A stretch of DNA of 64,000 nt from an uncultured Clostridiaceae bacterium (lineage in GTDB: Bacteria > Bacillota > Clostridia > TANB77 > CAG-508). Below are positions 1 to 10,715 of the stretch, piece by piece. A program made the translations under genes and the position numbers. The stretch spans positions 16,328 through 80,327 of the forward strand of contig CAKNOI010000002.1 in NCBI GenBank assembly GCA_930990125.1, in the 5' to 3' direction. Every line of letters starts with the position of its first letter. Position 1 is the first letter of the stretch. Under the pieces are notes generated by a model. The model did not search any database. It worked only from the letters and a program-made list of their open reading frames with translations, and had not been told where the DNA came from.

Positions 1-3000
1 TTCATAAGTATATTCTTTGGTTCCTTTGCTATTGCTTACCGTTACACTAGATACATATTTGTCTAAGCTTAAATCAAATTTTTCTGCTGTTACTAAACCA
101 ATATCAATATTTCTTACATTTTCTCCAGCTACGGTAATAGTATCACTTACAGCTCCATTTTGAATTTTTCCTCCAATGTTAATTTTCATTGCAATAGCAT
201 CAGAGTTTGCATCATCGGATACTCCTTGTTTACGATATTCTGCTAAATCGTAATTACTTAAGTCTGGTAAAAATACAATCATATAGGTTCCATTTGGTAC
301 ACCATTAAAGGTATATTCTCCTTTTTCATTGGTAGTTACTATCATGGTGTTTCCATTACTATCTCTTATGATAGCAGATGTTGCTTTATCTAGTAGCATT
401 ACTTGTACACCACTTATTCTTTGTTCGTTTTCATCTTTTTTACCATCTTTGTTTTCATCTAACCAAGCGGTACCTGTAATTTTATAAGTGTTTGGTGCTG
501 GTGTATTATCTCCACCTTGATTTCCTCCCTCATCACCAGTATTTCCTCCTTGGTGATTTTCTGCTACATATTCAATTACTTTACGTACACTATTAGAATT
601 TACTGTATCAATAGCATTTCCACTTAAAGTTGCTGTGTTAATAATTTCTTTGTCCTCGGTACCATCTAATACATCTGCTCTTACTTTAATAGTAATTTCT
701 AATGTTTCATTTGGTCCCATATCTCTTTGTAACATGACAGTTCTTCCACTAATATCGTATTTACTATTGGTAATATTTTGTTCTTGTCCATCTACAATGT
801 TACGGATAATGTATTCGGTTCCTTGATAAGAAACTCCTTCTGGAAGTACATCTTCAAATCGGATACCAAATGCTTTGGTGTCAGAATTATTTTTAATGGT
901 AAATTTATACGTAAATGCTTCTTTTTCTTTAATATATTCATTTCCTACTGTTTCTTGCTCTATGGTTACACTAATTTCTCTTGAATTTAACACTAATTCA
1001 TTAGAAGTATGTTCTGGTATATTTTCCGCAGAGGCTACTGCATAACTTCTTAATTCTCCGTTTACTGTTCCTGCTTCTGCTACTGTTTCAATAAATACAT
1101 GCTCTCCTGCAGGTAAACTTGGAATTGTAATTTCTGCTATGTTTTTATTACTTGTAATATTTTCTCTATCTTTTCCTTCCCCTGCTTTCCAAATAGAGCA
1201 ATCGGTAACCGTTACATTTTCTGGTAAGTTTACTGTTACTTTTACATTTTTCATGTCTGTATCGGTTGTATTGGTTACTTGGGTATAATAAGAAATATCT
1301 GTTCCTTGTGTGAATACAAAGTCTGGTTCGTCTGCTGTATGAACAATTGTTAAATATCCTTTTTTGGCTACAATAGGATAGGTATTACTTGTTACTTCTT
1401 CTTTTAAGTTTTTAGCACCTAAACTTACTTGTGCTGAGATGTTATTTTGATATTCTTCATCTTTGTGAGTATATTCTACCTTTTTGTATTCCGTAGCATC
1501 TCCTATTAAACTTGGTCCATCATAATCTGGGAAATCATCTATGTGTACTTTTTTACCATTTACCTCTGTAAAATGTTCTGGTTTTGTACAAATTAATTCA
1601 TATGCAGAATCTTTATGTTTTCCTGTTGTTTGGTTAAAATGGTCTTTATTGGTACAAAACATTTCTGGTGTGATGGTATCTATGGTCATGTAAAATTCTA
1701 CTTGTTTTGTTTCTCCTTTTGCAATAGTTCCTACTGTAACTGTACCATCCAAATTGTCAGAGAAAATACCATTTTGTTTATCATAATTTGTATATTTTAC
1801 TCCAGCAATGGTTGGTAATTTTACTACTACCTCTTCTGCCTCTACATTTCCTGTATTTTTTACATTAGCATAGAAACGTACAATTTGTCCTTCACGAACT
1901 TGTGCATCTTTTTCAAGGTCTGAAGAAATGGTAACTTCTAATTTTGGACTTTCTCCAGTAGATACTCCAACTGTTGGTGCTGTTTTATCTTCTTCTATGG
2001 TACCTATTTCTGAGTTGTTATCATAATATACTTTATAAGTTCCATATGCTGCATTATCGGTTCCTAGTCCTTCTGGAATTTCTATATTGTAGCTAAATTC
2101 TATTTTAGCTCCATTTTCTATATCTTTATTTAATACGATTAAATAAGATTTTGCTTTTTCTATGCTTAAATCTTTGTTCCATCCATTTTGTGCAAGGTCT
2201 AAAGCTTGTGTAGCCTCACCATTTTCGGAATAGTATACGGTATAGTCTTTTTCTTCTATTCCTGCTGCCACTAATTTACTAATCATTTTACTATCAAAGG
2301 TTGTTCCTAAATCTTTATTAGTTCCTATTTCTTTGTTTCCTTTAAAAGGAATTCTTCCTAAGATAGAAACATTGGTAATTGTATTTCCTGTATTGTTTAC
2401 CAAAGTTTGCTTCATAGTAGCTGCTCTATTTCCTTCTGTAATAGCAAGTTTTCCTGTTTCTGCTGTGTTGATAGCAGATACAGATTCTCCTGCATCGTAA
2501 TTTACAATTTCGTTATTGGTTAAAATTTCGGTTGGTGCTAGTACTTTCACTTTAGCTTGTGCTGTTCCAATTTCAGCTCCGTTTTCATATCCTTGTGCAC
2601 TTTGGTTGGTATAGTTTAATACGATATTCGTATCTTCAGATACTGCCATTGGGTCTAGTGTGATATCGGCATTAATAACCACTACTGGTCCCGGAACTAC
2701 TTGTCCTATGGTATATCCTGTTTGTTTTCCTGAAAGTGTAACACGAATAACAGTATTTCCTTCCTCATTTACATAGGTTGCTGTATTTTCTATTTTTAAT
2801 CCTTCTGGTGCTACTAGGTTAGAAGAATTAAATTTTACTGTTTTTACTGCTTTTGGTAATACTATTTCTAATACTGGTGCTTCATATAAATCGTATTTAG
2901 TAGAATCTGTTCTTAAAATTGCTTTTATTTCTACATTATTTACCACAGCAGTAGATAAGTTTGTTTTATTAATTTCTAAATCTGCTTTAGTATAGGTTTC

Positions 3001-4691
3001 TGTTAATGCAATCGTATCTTCAGAAGCAATTTCTGTATTTGCTAATGTTTCTACTTCATCCATTATTTTTGTAACATTTGCTTTTACTTTTACAGTTTTT
3101 AATTCTTTTGTTACTCCCATTGTATAAGGACTTTGACTAGAAATTGCTTTAATATGATAAATTTCTAGATTTCCCTCTTTTTGTGGTTTGCTTGTTTCTA
3201 TTATTAAGCTAGATACTGTTTTATCTTGATAAACTAATATCATATTTCCATTGTCATCTGTTTGTGTATCTTTATTTAAAGTAAGTAATACTTTTCCAGT
3301 TCCATCTTTTATAGTAATAGTTCCTTCTTGTCCTAATATATCTAACATGTTATTTTTAGAAATAACTGTTTTTTGATAATATGTTGCTCCATTTCCAGAA
3401 AGTTCTTCTCCATTTTCTTTTACTAAAGTATCTTCTTGTCCTGTAAGTCTAATTCCTTCTAAGATAGCTGCATAACCAATATTTGCAGTCCAAGTTTCTT
3501 CAAAAACAGTGTCTACTTTATTTTCTACTGTATAATTAGCATACAAGTAACCTTTTTCTAAAGAATCTTGTTTTGCTTCCACTTTAATACTTGTTATGTC
3601 TTGAATAGTATTTGTTAACATTACTTCTTGCATTATTTGTTTGCTTTGTGTTGTACTATTATTTACTCCATCATACATTGTAATAGTACTATCTGCTGCT
3701 AATGTAATTTTATTGGTATTTGCCATTGCTTCTTGTGGATATACAAGTGTTACTAAAACTTCATCTTCTTTTTGTTTGTTTTCTCCTGCATATACAGTTC
3801 CATTTGCATCTGGTAAGTTTTCTACTTTTATTTTTAACTGTTGTCTCATAGTATCGTAACTCCAGTTGCTATCTTTTTGTAAAGCATATTGTTCTGCACT
3901 TAATCCATTGGTATATTCTGTTCCATTGCTAATTACATTTACATAGCTTGGAATTTGTCCATTTAATTTTGGTACTGTAAAGTCAATTTCTGTTTTTTGA
4001 ATTGGTAAATTTCTTTGTACTTGTTCTTGTGCTTGTAACATAGAAGATGTAAGTTTTACTTGTAATAATACACCTTGTTCATTGGTTGTAGTAAAAGGTA
4101 CATATTTGGTAACTTCTGCTGTAAGATTCGCTTCTCTGTTAGAAGTCCAACGAATTTCTACACTAGCTTCCTTTTTTACTTTTTCTTCTTTGCCTTGACT
4201 ATTTACATAAGTTCCTTCTAGCACAAATTTATTTTTGGTATTCAAATAGTCTGTGGAAATTCTATTTTCAAAATTTGGTTTTATTTGAAGCTCTATGTTT
4301 TCTCTACTACCTTCTGTAATTTGATTTAGGCTAATGGTAGTATTATCTCCACTTGCTACTATTTGATTCTCATTTTTTATACTAAGAATGTCAAAATTTT
4401 TACTTTGTTCCTTTTCTATTCCTGCTATCGTAATTTTGGCATCTTTTAAATAGCCTTTATTAACTTGCACTATCATATGTACTGCATTTTCGCTATTACT
4501 ATCTAGGGTTTGACTCGAATATTTGGTATTCTCATCACCTAGAAAAGCCTGGAATACAATAGCATTATCATTTTCTGCTGCTAAAACCTCTGCAAGTCCC
4601 AAACCCATATAGCTAATGTTTCCAGAGACCATGGTAATGGCGATAAAAGACATCAAAATCTTGGATAGTTTTTGTTTTATTCTCTTTATCA
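1..4691 (-). CDS. Giant surface adhesin, N-terminal portion (5' partial in window; gene continues beyond coordinate 1). Paralog of the 4126-aa adhesin at 29461..41841.
   Basis: Minus-strand frame open from the window edge up to an ATG at 4691. A GGGAGGA RBS sits about 12 nt upstream on the minus strand. The N-terminus MIKRIKQKLSKILMSFIAITMVSG has a basic n-region and hydrophobic core typical of a signal peptide. Downstream residues resemble the N-terminal region of the 4126-aa adhesin. Absent from the ORF track because no stop codon lies inside the window. Confidence 0.7.
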
Positions 4692-4994
4692 TTTGACATT
4701 ATCCTCCCTATTATTTATATACACTATTTATTATAACATTTTTCTTTGAAAATTCCTAGTAGTAAACATAAAAAAAATCATGTTTTTTGGGTTTTTTTAT
4801 TACTTTTTTATTACGGATTTGGTTTTTACAGGTTATGTTTTTGTCTTATATTAAATTTGTGTTACAATCTTGTTATTTTCATTTTCCTTATTTCTCTTTT
4901 TTCGACATTTTCTTTTTTATTTTGCATTTTTGATATTATGTTTCCTTTTGTCTTTTTTATGGTAACTTCAATGTCCTATTAAATACATCATCAA

Positions 4995-5032
4995 AAAGCG
5001 AGATACCAAGTATTATTTCTGGTATCTCGTCA
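4995..5032 (-). terminator. Rho-independent terminator downstream of ksgA
   Basis: Inverted repeat cgagatacca...tggtatctcg followed by a T-run on the minus-strand transcript, just 3' of the ksgA stop. Confidence 0.5.
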
Positions 5033-5036
5033 TTTT

Positions 5037-5909
5037 TTATCTTCTTTTTTGTTCTATCATTTCTGCTAACCTTTTAAAATCTTCTATACTTAATGCTTCT
5101 CCTCGTATAGTTTCTGGTAATCCCAAGGTTTCTAAAATTTTCTTTCCTTCTTCTTTACTTGATAAAATATTTCCATTTACCAAGGTATTTAGTAACGTTT
5201 TTCTACGTTGACTAAATGCAGTCTTTATCATTGGAAAGAAGAGAGAGTCTGGTGCAAGGGGAAATAGTGGTTCCTTTCTTATTTTTAAATGAATTACTTC
5301 TGAATCTACCTCTGGCTCCGGAATAAAGGAGTCTTTAGGAACATCAATTACTTTTTCTCCTTCAGCATAATAATAAATTGTGTACGTAATAGCACCTGCT
5401 TGTTTTTGTCCTGGAATAGCAATAAATCTCTCTGCTACTTCTTTTTGCACCATAACAGTAATGCTTTCTATTTCTAGTTTTTGTTCTAATAAGTACATCA
5501 TAATAGGCGAAGTGATATAATATGGTAGATTAGCCACTACTTTTACCGTTTGTAAGTTTGTATTTTTTTGTTTTTCTTCCCTAATTAATTTTGCTAAATC
5601 TACTTTTAAAATATCTTGCTTAATTATTTCCAAATTAGAATAAAGTAAGAAACGTTCTTTTAAAATTTGTAACATATTGCTATCTAATTCTACGCATACT
5701 ACCTTTCCCGCGTTTTCTAATAGGGGTTTTGTTAAATTTCCAAGTCCTGGTCCAATTTCTATTACCAAATCTGTTTTAGAAAGTTTTGCTGCTGTTACAA
5801 TGGCATTTACCACTTCGTCAGATATTAGAAAATTTTGACCCAATTTTTTATTGGCAATAATTCCATATTTTTTTAGGATAAATTTTGTTTCATCATATAA
5901 TGTATTCAT
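5037..5909 (-). CDS. rsmA: 16S rRNA (adenine1518/1519-N6)-dimethyltransferase RsmA/KsgA
   Basis: KKLGQNFLISDEVVNAIV and VIEIGPGLGNLT SAM-binding motifs; typical length about 290 aa when started at MNTLYDE (ATG at 5909). The longer 333-aa ORF (to 6038) overlaps the upstream gene and is probably an artefactual extension. The ATG at 5909 is 1 nt after the TAA of the upstream gene (TAAtATG coupling). Confidence 0.85.
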   Translation of the reverse strand: MNTLYDETKFILKKYGIIANKKLGQNFLISDEVVNAIVTAAKLSKTDLVIEIGPGLGNLTKPLLENAGKVVCVELDSNMLQILKERFLLYSNLEIIKQDILKVDLAKLIREEKQKNTNLQTVKVVANLPYYITSPIMMYLLEQKLEIESITVMVQKEVAERFIAIPGQKQAGAITYTIYYYAEGEKVIDVPKDSFIPEPEVDSEVIHLKIRKEPLFPLAPDSLFFPMIKTAFSQRRKTLLNTLVNGNILSSKEEGKKILETLGLPETIRGEALSIEDFKRLAEMIEQKRR

Positions 5910-5910
5910 A

Positions 5911-7098
5911 TTATAATTTTTCTCCACATTCTTTACAGAATTTTGCATTTCCTTCATTAATTGTTTTACACTTTGGGCATTCTTTTTCTTTTGGTTTTCC
6001 ACAATTACTACAGAATTTTCCTGTATTTTTATTTCCACAACTGCAAGTCCATGTGTTTTCTTGTGTTGCTACTGCTCCAGCTTTCTCCGTACTAGAAGCG
6101 TTCTGCAAATTATTTTGCATGGTATTTGGGTTTTGATTCATATTTCCAAACATATTGCCTGTTGCCATATTCATCATACCAATTCCCATAAACCCATTTA
6201 AGCTTCCTGTTTTGTTACTTGCAGCATCTTGTACGGCATTTGCATAGGCTTCCGTAAGGACAGCACGTTGTTGGTAACTATCTCCACCAAGTTCATATTG
6301 GTCAATTTTCTTTTTGGATTCTTCATCTAATGTTAAACTTTCTATAATAAAAGATACTAGTTTTACACCACGATTTCGAATTGGTTCGTCAAACACTTCT
6401 TGGTCCATAATTTCTTTAATTTCATCTGTTTTATTTGGAAGAGATAATACCTCTATTTTATGTTCGTTTTCTCCTAAACTATTCATTACATTAGAAAAAG
6501 CACCAATTACTTCTGCACGCATTTGCTCTGTTAATTCTTGTTTGGTATATCTTTCTCTGTTTCCACCAATGTTGGACATAAAGGTAGCTGGATTTTCTAT
6601 TTTAAAAGTATATTTTCCAAAACATCTTACTTCTACACTCATTGGTACTAAACTATTGGTTCTTGGGTTCATAATTGGGTGTCCCCAATCTTTATAAGGA
6701 ACTGGGTTTGGTGTTCCAAATTTATTATCTAGTATTTCTTTTATATTAAAGAAATATACTGCCTGCTCTTTTGCCTCTGCTCCTCCAAATTTAAATCTTT
6801 CCCACATTTCTTTAAATACTGGCCCAAAATCTCCTCCAAAGAAGGATGGTGAAGAGCTCTCATCAAAAGAATATACTCCCGCTTCTGCTGTAGCATCTAC
6901 TATTTTTCCATTATCATATAATGCCATTGCTTGACCTGGTGCTACAATAATTCTACTTTTCTTTGCTAAAATCCCATCTGGATTCGTCTTTTTTACCATT
7001 AGAATATCATTTCCCATATCCTCGCATTGTATGGTTGTTAAAAATTGATCCCCTATCGTAGAGCCAATTGCTCCACCAATTGCTTTAAATAATCCCAT
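5911..7098 (-). CDS. SPFH/band-7-like protein of the COG4260 (virion-core-protein-like) family with two C-terminal CxxC zinc ribbons
   Basis: N-terminus MGLFKAIGGAIG... followed by an SPFH-like body. C-terminus CSCGNKNTGKFCSNCGKPKEKECPKCKTINEGNAKFCKECGEKL carries two zinc-ribbon pairs. Confidence 0.6.
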   Translation of the reverse strand: MGLFKAIGGAIGSTIGDQFLTTIQCEDMGNDILMVKKTNPDGILAKKSRIIVAPGQAMALYDNGKIVDATAEAGVYSFDESSSPSFFGGDFGPVFKEMWERFKFGGAEAKEQAVYFFNIKEILDNKFGTPNPVPYKDWGHPIMNPRTNSLVPMSVEVRCFGKYTFKIENPATFMSNIGGNRERYTKQELTEQMRAEVIGAFSNVMNSLGENEHKIEVLSLPNKTDEIKEIMDQEVFDEPIRNRGVKLVSFIIESLTLDEESKKKIDQYELGGDSYQQRAVLTEAYANAVQDAASNKTGSLNGFMGIGMMNMATGNMFGNMNQNPNTMQNNLQNASSTEKAGAVATQENTWTCSCGNKNTGKFCSNCGKPKEKECPKCKTINEGNAKFCKECGEKL

Positions 7099-7116
7099 TT
7101 GTTTACCTCCTATATT

Positions 7117-8031
7117 TTAATATGCGTTACTTGCTGGTTCTAATCTTGTTAATACCCAGTCGTGGTTATCGGTTGTAATTAAGCTACCACAATACTCACA
7201 TCTTCCAGAAGATGTAATATTCGTTGGAGCACCACAATTTGGGCAATTCGTTGTTTCTACTTCTTCTGTAGCTGCCTTTGACAAAATTCCTGTTTTTCTT
7301 TCAAATACCATTTGGTATACAGTTACTCTATCTGCGTATTTATTTCCTTCTAAAACTTCTTTGGTAGTAGCATCTATAATATAGTCTTTCTTGGTAGCCT
7401 TTAAATAGATAGATAAAATATCTTTTCCACCTTCTTGTTTAAACTGGTATAATGTTGCAGCATTTACCGCTATTCTATCTACTACATTAATACGATTGGT
7501 ATCTATATATTCTTGTAATTGCATACGATGCTGTTCAAATAGTTCTACACTTTCGTATGGACGCATTGGTTCCCAATCTCTTTTGGTCCAAGCATTTTGC
7601 AAACGCACATATAAGTTTTTAGCAAAACGTAAAAACTCTTCCTCGTTAAACTCTGGATCCACTGCTTTTATTTGTTTCACTACATTAGCACTATTATGTA
7701 GCATCTCTGGTGTACGGTTTACGACGCGATTTTTGTTAATATTATTTCTAGGATGAAATCCTTTCTTTTTCGCTACTGCAATAATAATAAAAAGAATAGC
7801 CAAAATAACGAGTCCTTCTATTCCTCCTCCACCAGAGTAACTGCCAGAATAGCTGCTAGAACTACTACCCCAATCCGATGAACTGTCCCAGCTAGAAGAA
7901 CTACTCCAAGAACTGCCACCACTATCATAACGGTCAAAACTTCCTACATCTGCTTTTGCTATATAGCTAGCAGAAAAAAGAAACATAAAGAGAAAGCTTA
8001 GCAACAATATTTTTTTCATTTTCTTCTGCAT
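7117..8031 (-). CDS. Membrane-anchored Tim44-like domain protein with Ser-rich linker and C-terminal zinc ribbon
   Basis: Signal/TM at the N-terminus, an SGGSSWSSSSSWDSSSDW low-complexity stretch and a second TM. A Tim44-like domain follows (FLRFAKNLYVRLQNAW...). The C-terminus is CPNCGAPTNITSSGRCEYCG. Confidence 0.55.
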   Translation of the reverse strand: MQKKMKKILLLSFLFMFLFSASYIAKADVGSFDRYDSGGSSWSSSSSWDSSSDWGSSSSSYSGSYSGGGGIEGLVILAILFIIIAVAKKKGFHPRNNINKNRVVNRTPEMLHNSANVVKQIKAVDPEFNEEEFLRFAKNLYVRLQNAWTKRDWEPMRPYESVELFEQHRMQLQEYIDTNRINVVDRIAVNAATLYQFKQEGGKDILSIYLKATKKDYIIDATTKEVLEGNKYADRVTVYQMVFERKTGILSKAATEEVETTNCPNCGAPTNITSSGRCEYCGSLITTDNHDWVLTRLEPASNAY

Positions 8032-8152
8032 CTTTTACTTTACTCCTCCTTTCCCCTAGTTTATTTTCTGTATTTATCATACTATTAACAATTCTATTTT
8101 GTCAATGGAAAAAATATGTTTTTGGAGAAGGATTTACTCGCATTAGAAATAT

Positions 8153-8200
8153 AAAAAAAATCATAAAGCACAATTAGACTTTATGATTTTTTTACTATAT
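8153..8200. terminator. Bidirectional hairpin terminator between the Tim44-like gene and the TA module
   Basis: aaaaatcataaag..ctttatgattttttt perfect stem flanked by A/T runs. Confidence 0.5.
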
Positions 8201-8205
8201 TTAGA

Positions 8206-8508
8206 CTATCTTTTTTGTTCTTGATTTAACGGTACTACTCTTATTGTATACCCCATTGGATATAACAATTTTATTAATGTTGAAGCTTGAGGAGAACGAG
8301 AACGACTTTCAATTCTAGCTATAGATGGTTGTTTTATTCCTGTCTTAATACTTAATTCTCTTTGGGAAAGATTGTTTCGTTTTCTTGCTTCAATAGTAGC
8401 TTCAATTAAATCTTCTTCTAATTGTATTTCTGCTTCTTCTTCTGGAGTAAATTTTAATTTTTCTTTTACTTGGTTCCATGTCAATTCTTTATTTTTCAAA
8501 TTTATCAC
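8206..8508 (-). CDS. HTH XRE-family antitoxin (HigA-like)
   Basis: LSQRELSIKTGIKQPSIARIES helix-turn-helix. Sits immediately downstream of, and overlapping, the toxin gene. Confidence 0.7.
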   Translation of the reverse strand: MINLKNKELTWNQVKEKLKFTPEEEAEIQLEEDLIEATIEARKRNNLSQRELSIKTGIKQPSIARIESRSRSPQASTLIKLLYPMGYTIRVVPLNQEQKR

Positions 8509-8803
8509 TCCTTCCTCTTTTATAGTCGTCTAGTAATCTTTTTGCTTTTTCAATTTCTCTTTGTGGTGTTTTTTGTGTTCGTTTTATAAATTGACTTAAC
8601 TTATTATTATCCCAATATGCAAAAAGTATTCTATCTCTTAATGGTCTTAATTCCCATATATCGCTATCTAAATGCTTTATATATGGTTCTCCAATAGATA
8701 ATCCATGTTTTTCTAATTGGTTTATATAGGCAGTTATTTTATTTATCTTTACTCTTGCATCTTTATTGTTTCTTTTACTTCTCAATTTTTCCATATAATC
8801 CAA
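8489..8803 (-). CDS. Type II toxin, RelE/ParE superfamily (HigB / phage Gp49-like)
   Basis: About 100 aa basic protein upstream of the HTH antitoxin, with a 20-nt overlap; this is the HigBA-type gene order (toxin first). Confidence 0.55.
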   Translation of the reverse strand: MDYMEKLRSKRNNKDARVKINKITAYINQLEKHGLSIGEPYIKHLDSDIWELRPLRDRILFAYWDNNKLSQFIKRTQKTPQREIEKAKRLLDDYKRGRSDKFEK

Positions 8804-9319
8804 AATTCGCTTTTCCCATTTTTATCTTGGTAAAAGATTATTTGATACACTTTATCTCTCCTTTATATTATATGTTTATGATAACATTTTGGTTATCATT
8901 TGTCAATACTTTTATCTTATTTCTAACTGCTATTTAAAAGAAATCTGAGTTATATACAATAATCAGTAAATATATTAAAATTAGTTATACTATCAGTACT
9001 ATGTGGAATGAATGAATTAGATAAAAATATTTAATGATAAAAAATTCTAAGAAATAATTTAAAATAAAAATTTGATTACATTTCAAAATATTTTTTAAAA
9101 TAATTGTGCATTTTTAATCCTTTTTTAGCCAGACTTCCTATTATAACTTTCATATAAAGCCTCTCTTTCTGTCAGAGGTTTTGTCACTATTACATATTTT
9201 TAAACATACAAGTATACAAAAAACAACCATAAACTTACATAAGATTTTACGATTGTTTTTTAGTATCTTTTCATTTACTTTTTTATAAATTTATTACTAT
9301 AACATATCTACATAATAAT

Positions 9320-9673
9320 TTACTTTAACACTTTATTCAAAATGGTATGGATTATCGTTTTTGTATTTGGCTTACTATCCATAGATAATGTGAAATATTT
9401 TTTTAAAATCTTTACATCACATTCATAATACATACATGTATTAGCTCTATTAATGTTACATTTAATATTGTGGGCTGTTTTGTTATATTTTTTTGCTAAA
9501 ACAGGATATACTTCTTTTGATAAATTGTACATATTTTTACCTGTATCCATTGCCATCATATATATAGTATCTATTAGATACTGTGTACCTTTATAATAAG
9601 GTTTATAATTCAAATATTCTATTTCTTTCACAATTTTATTTCTTAAAATTTGTTCTTGCTTATCTATTTTCAT
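9320..9673 (-). CDS. Stand-alone Spo0A C-terminal (DNA-binding) domain protein
   Basis: KGTQYLIDTIYMMAMDTGKNMYNLSKEVYPVLAKKYNKTAHNIKCNINRA matches the Spo0A_C signature (KGYxYL..AI....TK.LYP.IAKKYNTT.SRVERAIR). No receiver domain is present. Confidence 0.6.
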   Translation of the reverse strand: MKIDKQEQILRNKIVKEIEYLNYKPYYKGTQYLIDTIYMMAMDTGKNMYNLSKEVYPVLAKKYNKTAHNIKCNINRANTCMYYECDVKILKKYFTLSMDSKPNTKTIIHTILNKVLK

Positions 9674-10715
9674 TTTCTACTAATTCCCATTCTTTCCCTA
9701 ATATTTTTAAATATAATTTATTTGTTTTTGTATTTTGATTAATAGCATATTGTAAGACTGTATTTTCTTTTGTTTTATACCAAAATGCTTCTGGGAAATA
9801 TTCTTTTCCATTCTCGTCTACTAATATTACATCTTGCCCATCTATCGTTTCGCTACTATATAATAAAGTCATACTTGTTTCTGTTATATAGGCATTATTT
9901 AATTGAAATCCTTCTATCTCTTCTTTTAGTTCATATTTGGTAGTTTTTCTTTCGTAAAATTTTTCTGGTATTTCTATTTCTATATTCCATTCTGCATGGT
10001 TACTAATAGAAGTGAATTTTCCTTCTTCTATATATCCTAAATTAAAAATAGTAATATACAATTTTTGGCTTCTAGGAAAAGGTTTTTGGTTTGCCGTAAA
10101 TGACATTTGTATCATACATTGTTCACTATTTTCTAGTAAACTATTTTGGCGAATACTCCTTGCACATATTCCTTCATACCAATTTGATTGGTTATATGGT
10201 ATCTCCTTTTCTTTATAAAAGTTTTGCAGATATTTTCCTTTGCTTGTAACAGTAGTGTCACTATAAGCATAAATAGTATTGTTTTCATCATAGATAATAG
10301 CATTTACTAAAATATTATTATGTGTTAACTGTTCTTGCTTAAAGTCAAAATCCAATATAATGTCCATGTTATTATCGGAAAGAATAATAGAATTGACTTT
10401 CGCACCAATATTTTTTGCATAGATATAATCCATTTCAATATTATCTATATATCCTGATTCTTCTGCTTCTTTTATACTACTTAGTGCATATACTTTTTCC
10501 GTATGAATATTTTTAAAATAATAATACGTAGCAAAGCTAGTACCACTAATTACTAGTAAAGAAAGGAGAAATACTGCTACTCTCTTTAGGAAACATTCTT
10601 GATTAGTATTGTCTCTTTCCTGTTTCTTTTCCATTTCTTTTCTTATATTAAAAAGTGATATATCCCTTACAACCTGTTCTAATATTTTTTCTTCCATGTA
10701 TTTATTATTTTCCAT
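9660..10715 (-). CDS. Membrane anti-sigma factor (single TM, large extracytoplasmic domain)
   Basis: Immediately downstream of, and overlapping, the ECF sigma gene. Short cytoplasmic N-terminus, one TM (VAVFLLSLLVISGTSFATYYYF) and a roughly 280-aa ectodomain. The likely start is MENNKYMEEK (ATG near 10715) rather than the ORF-track start at 10787. Confidence 0.55.
   Translation of the reverse strand: MENNKYMEEKILEQVVRDISLFNIRKEMEKKQERDNTNQECFLKRVAVFLLSLLVISGTSFATYYYFKNIHTEKVYALSSIKEAEESGYIDNIEMDYIYAKNIGAKVNSIILSDNNMDIILDFDFKQEQLTHNNILVNAIIYDENNTIYAYSDTTVTSKGKYLQNFYKEKEIPYNQSNWYEGICARSIRQNSLLENSEQCMIQMSFTANQKPFPRSQKLYITIFNLGYIEEGKFTSISNHAEWNIEIEIPEKFYERKTTKYELKEEIEGFQLNNAYITETSMTLLYSSETIDGQDVILVDENGKEYFPEAFWYKTKENTVLQYAINQNTKTNKLYLKILGKEWELVENENR

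Noticed and set aside
5037-6038. 333-aa version of the ksgA ORF with a 43-aa N-terminal extension
   Set aside because: The extension overlaps the 3' end of the upstream SPFH gene in another frame. A proper ATG at 5909 gives a normal-length KsgA and sits 1 nt after the upstream stop.
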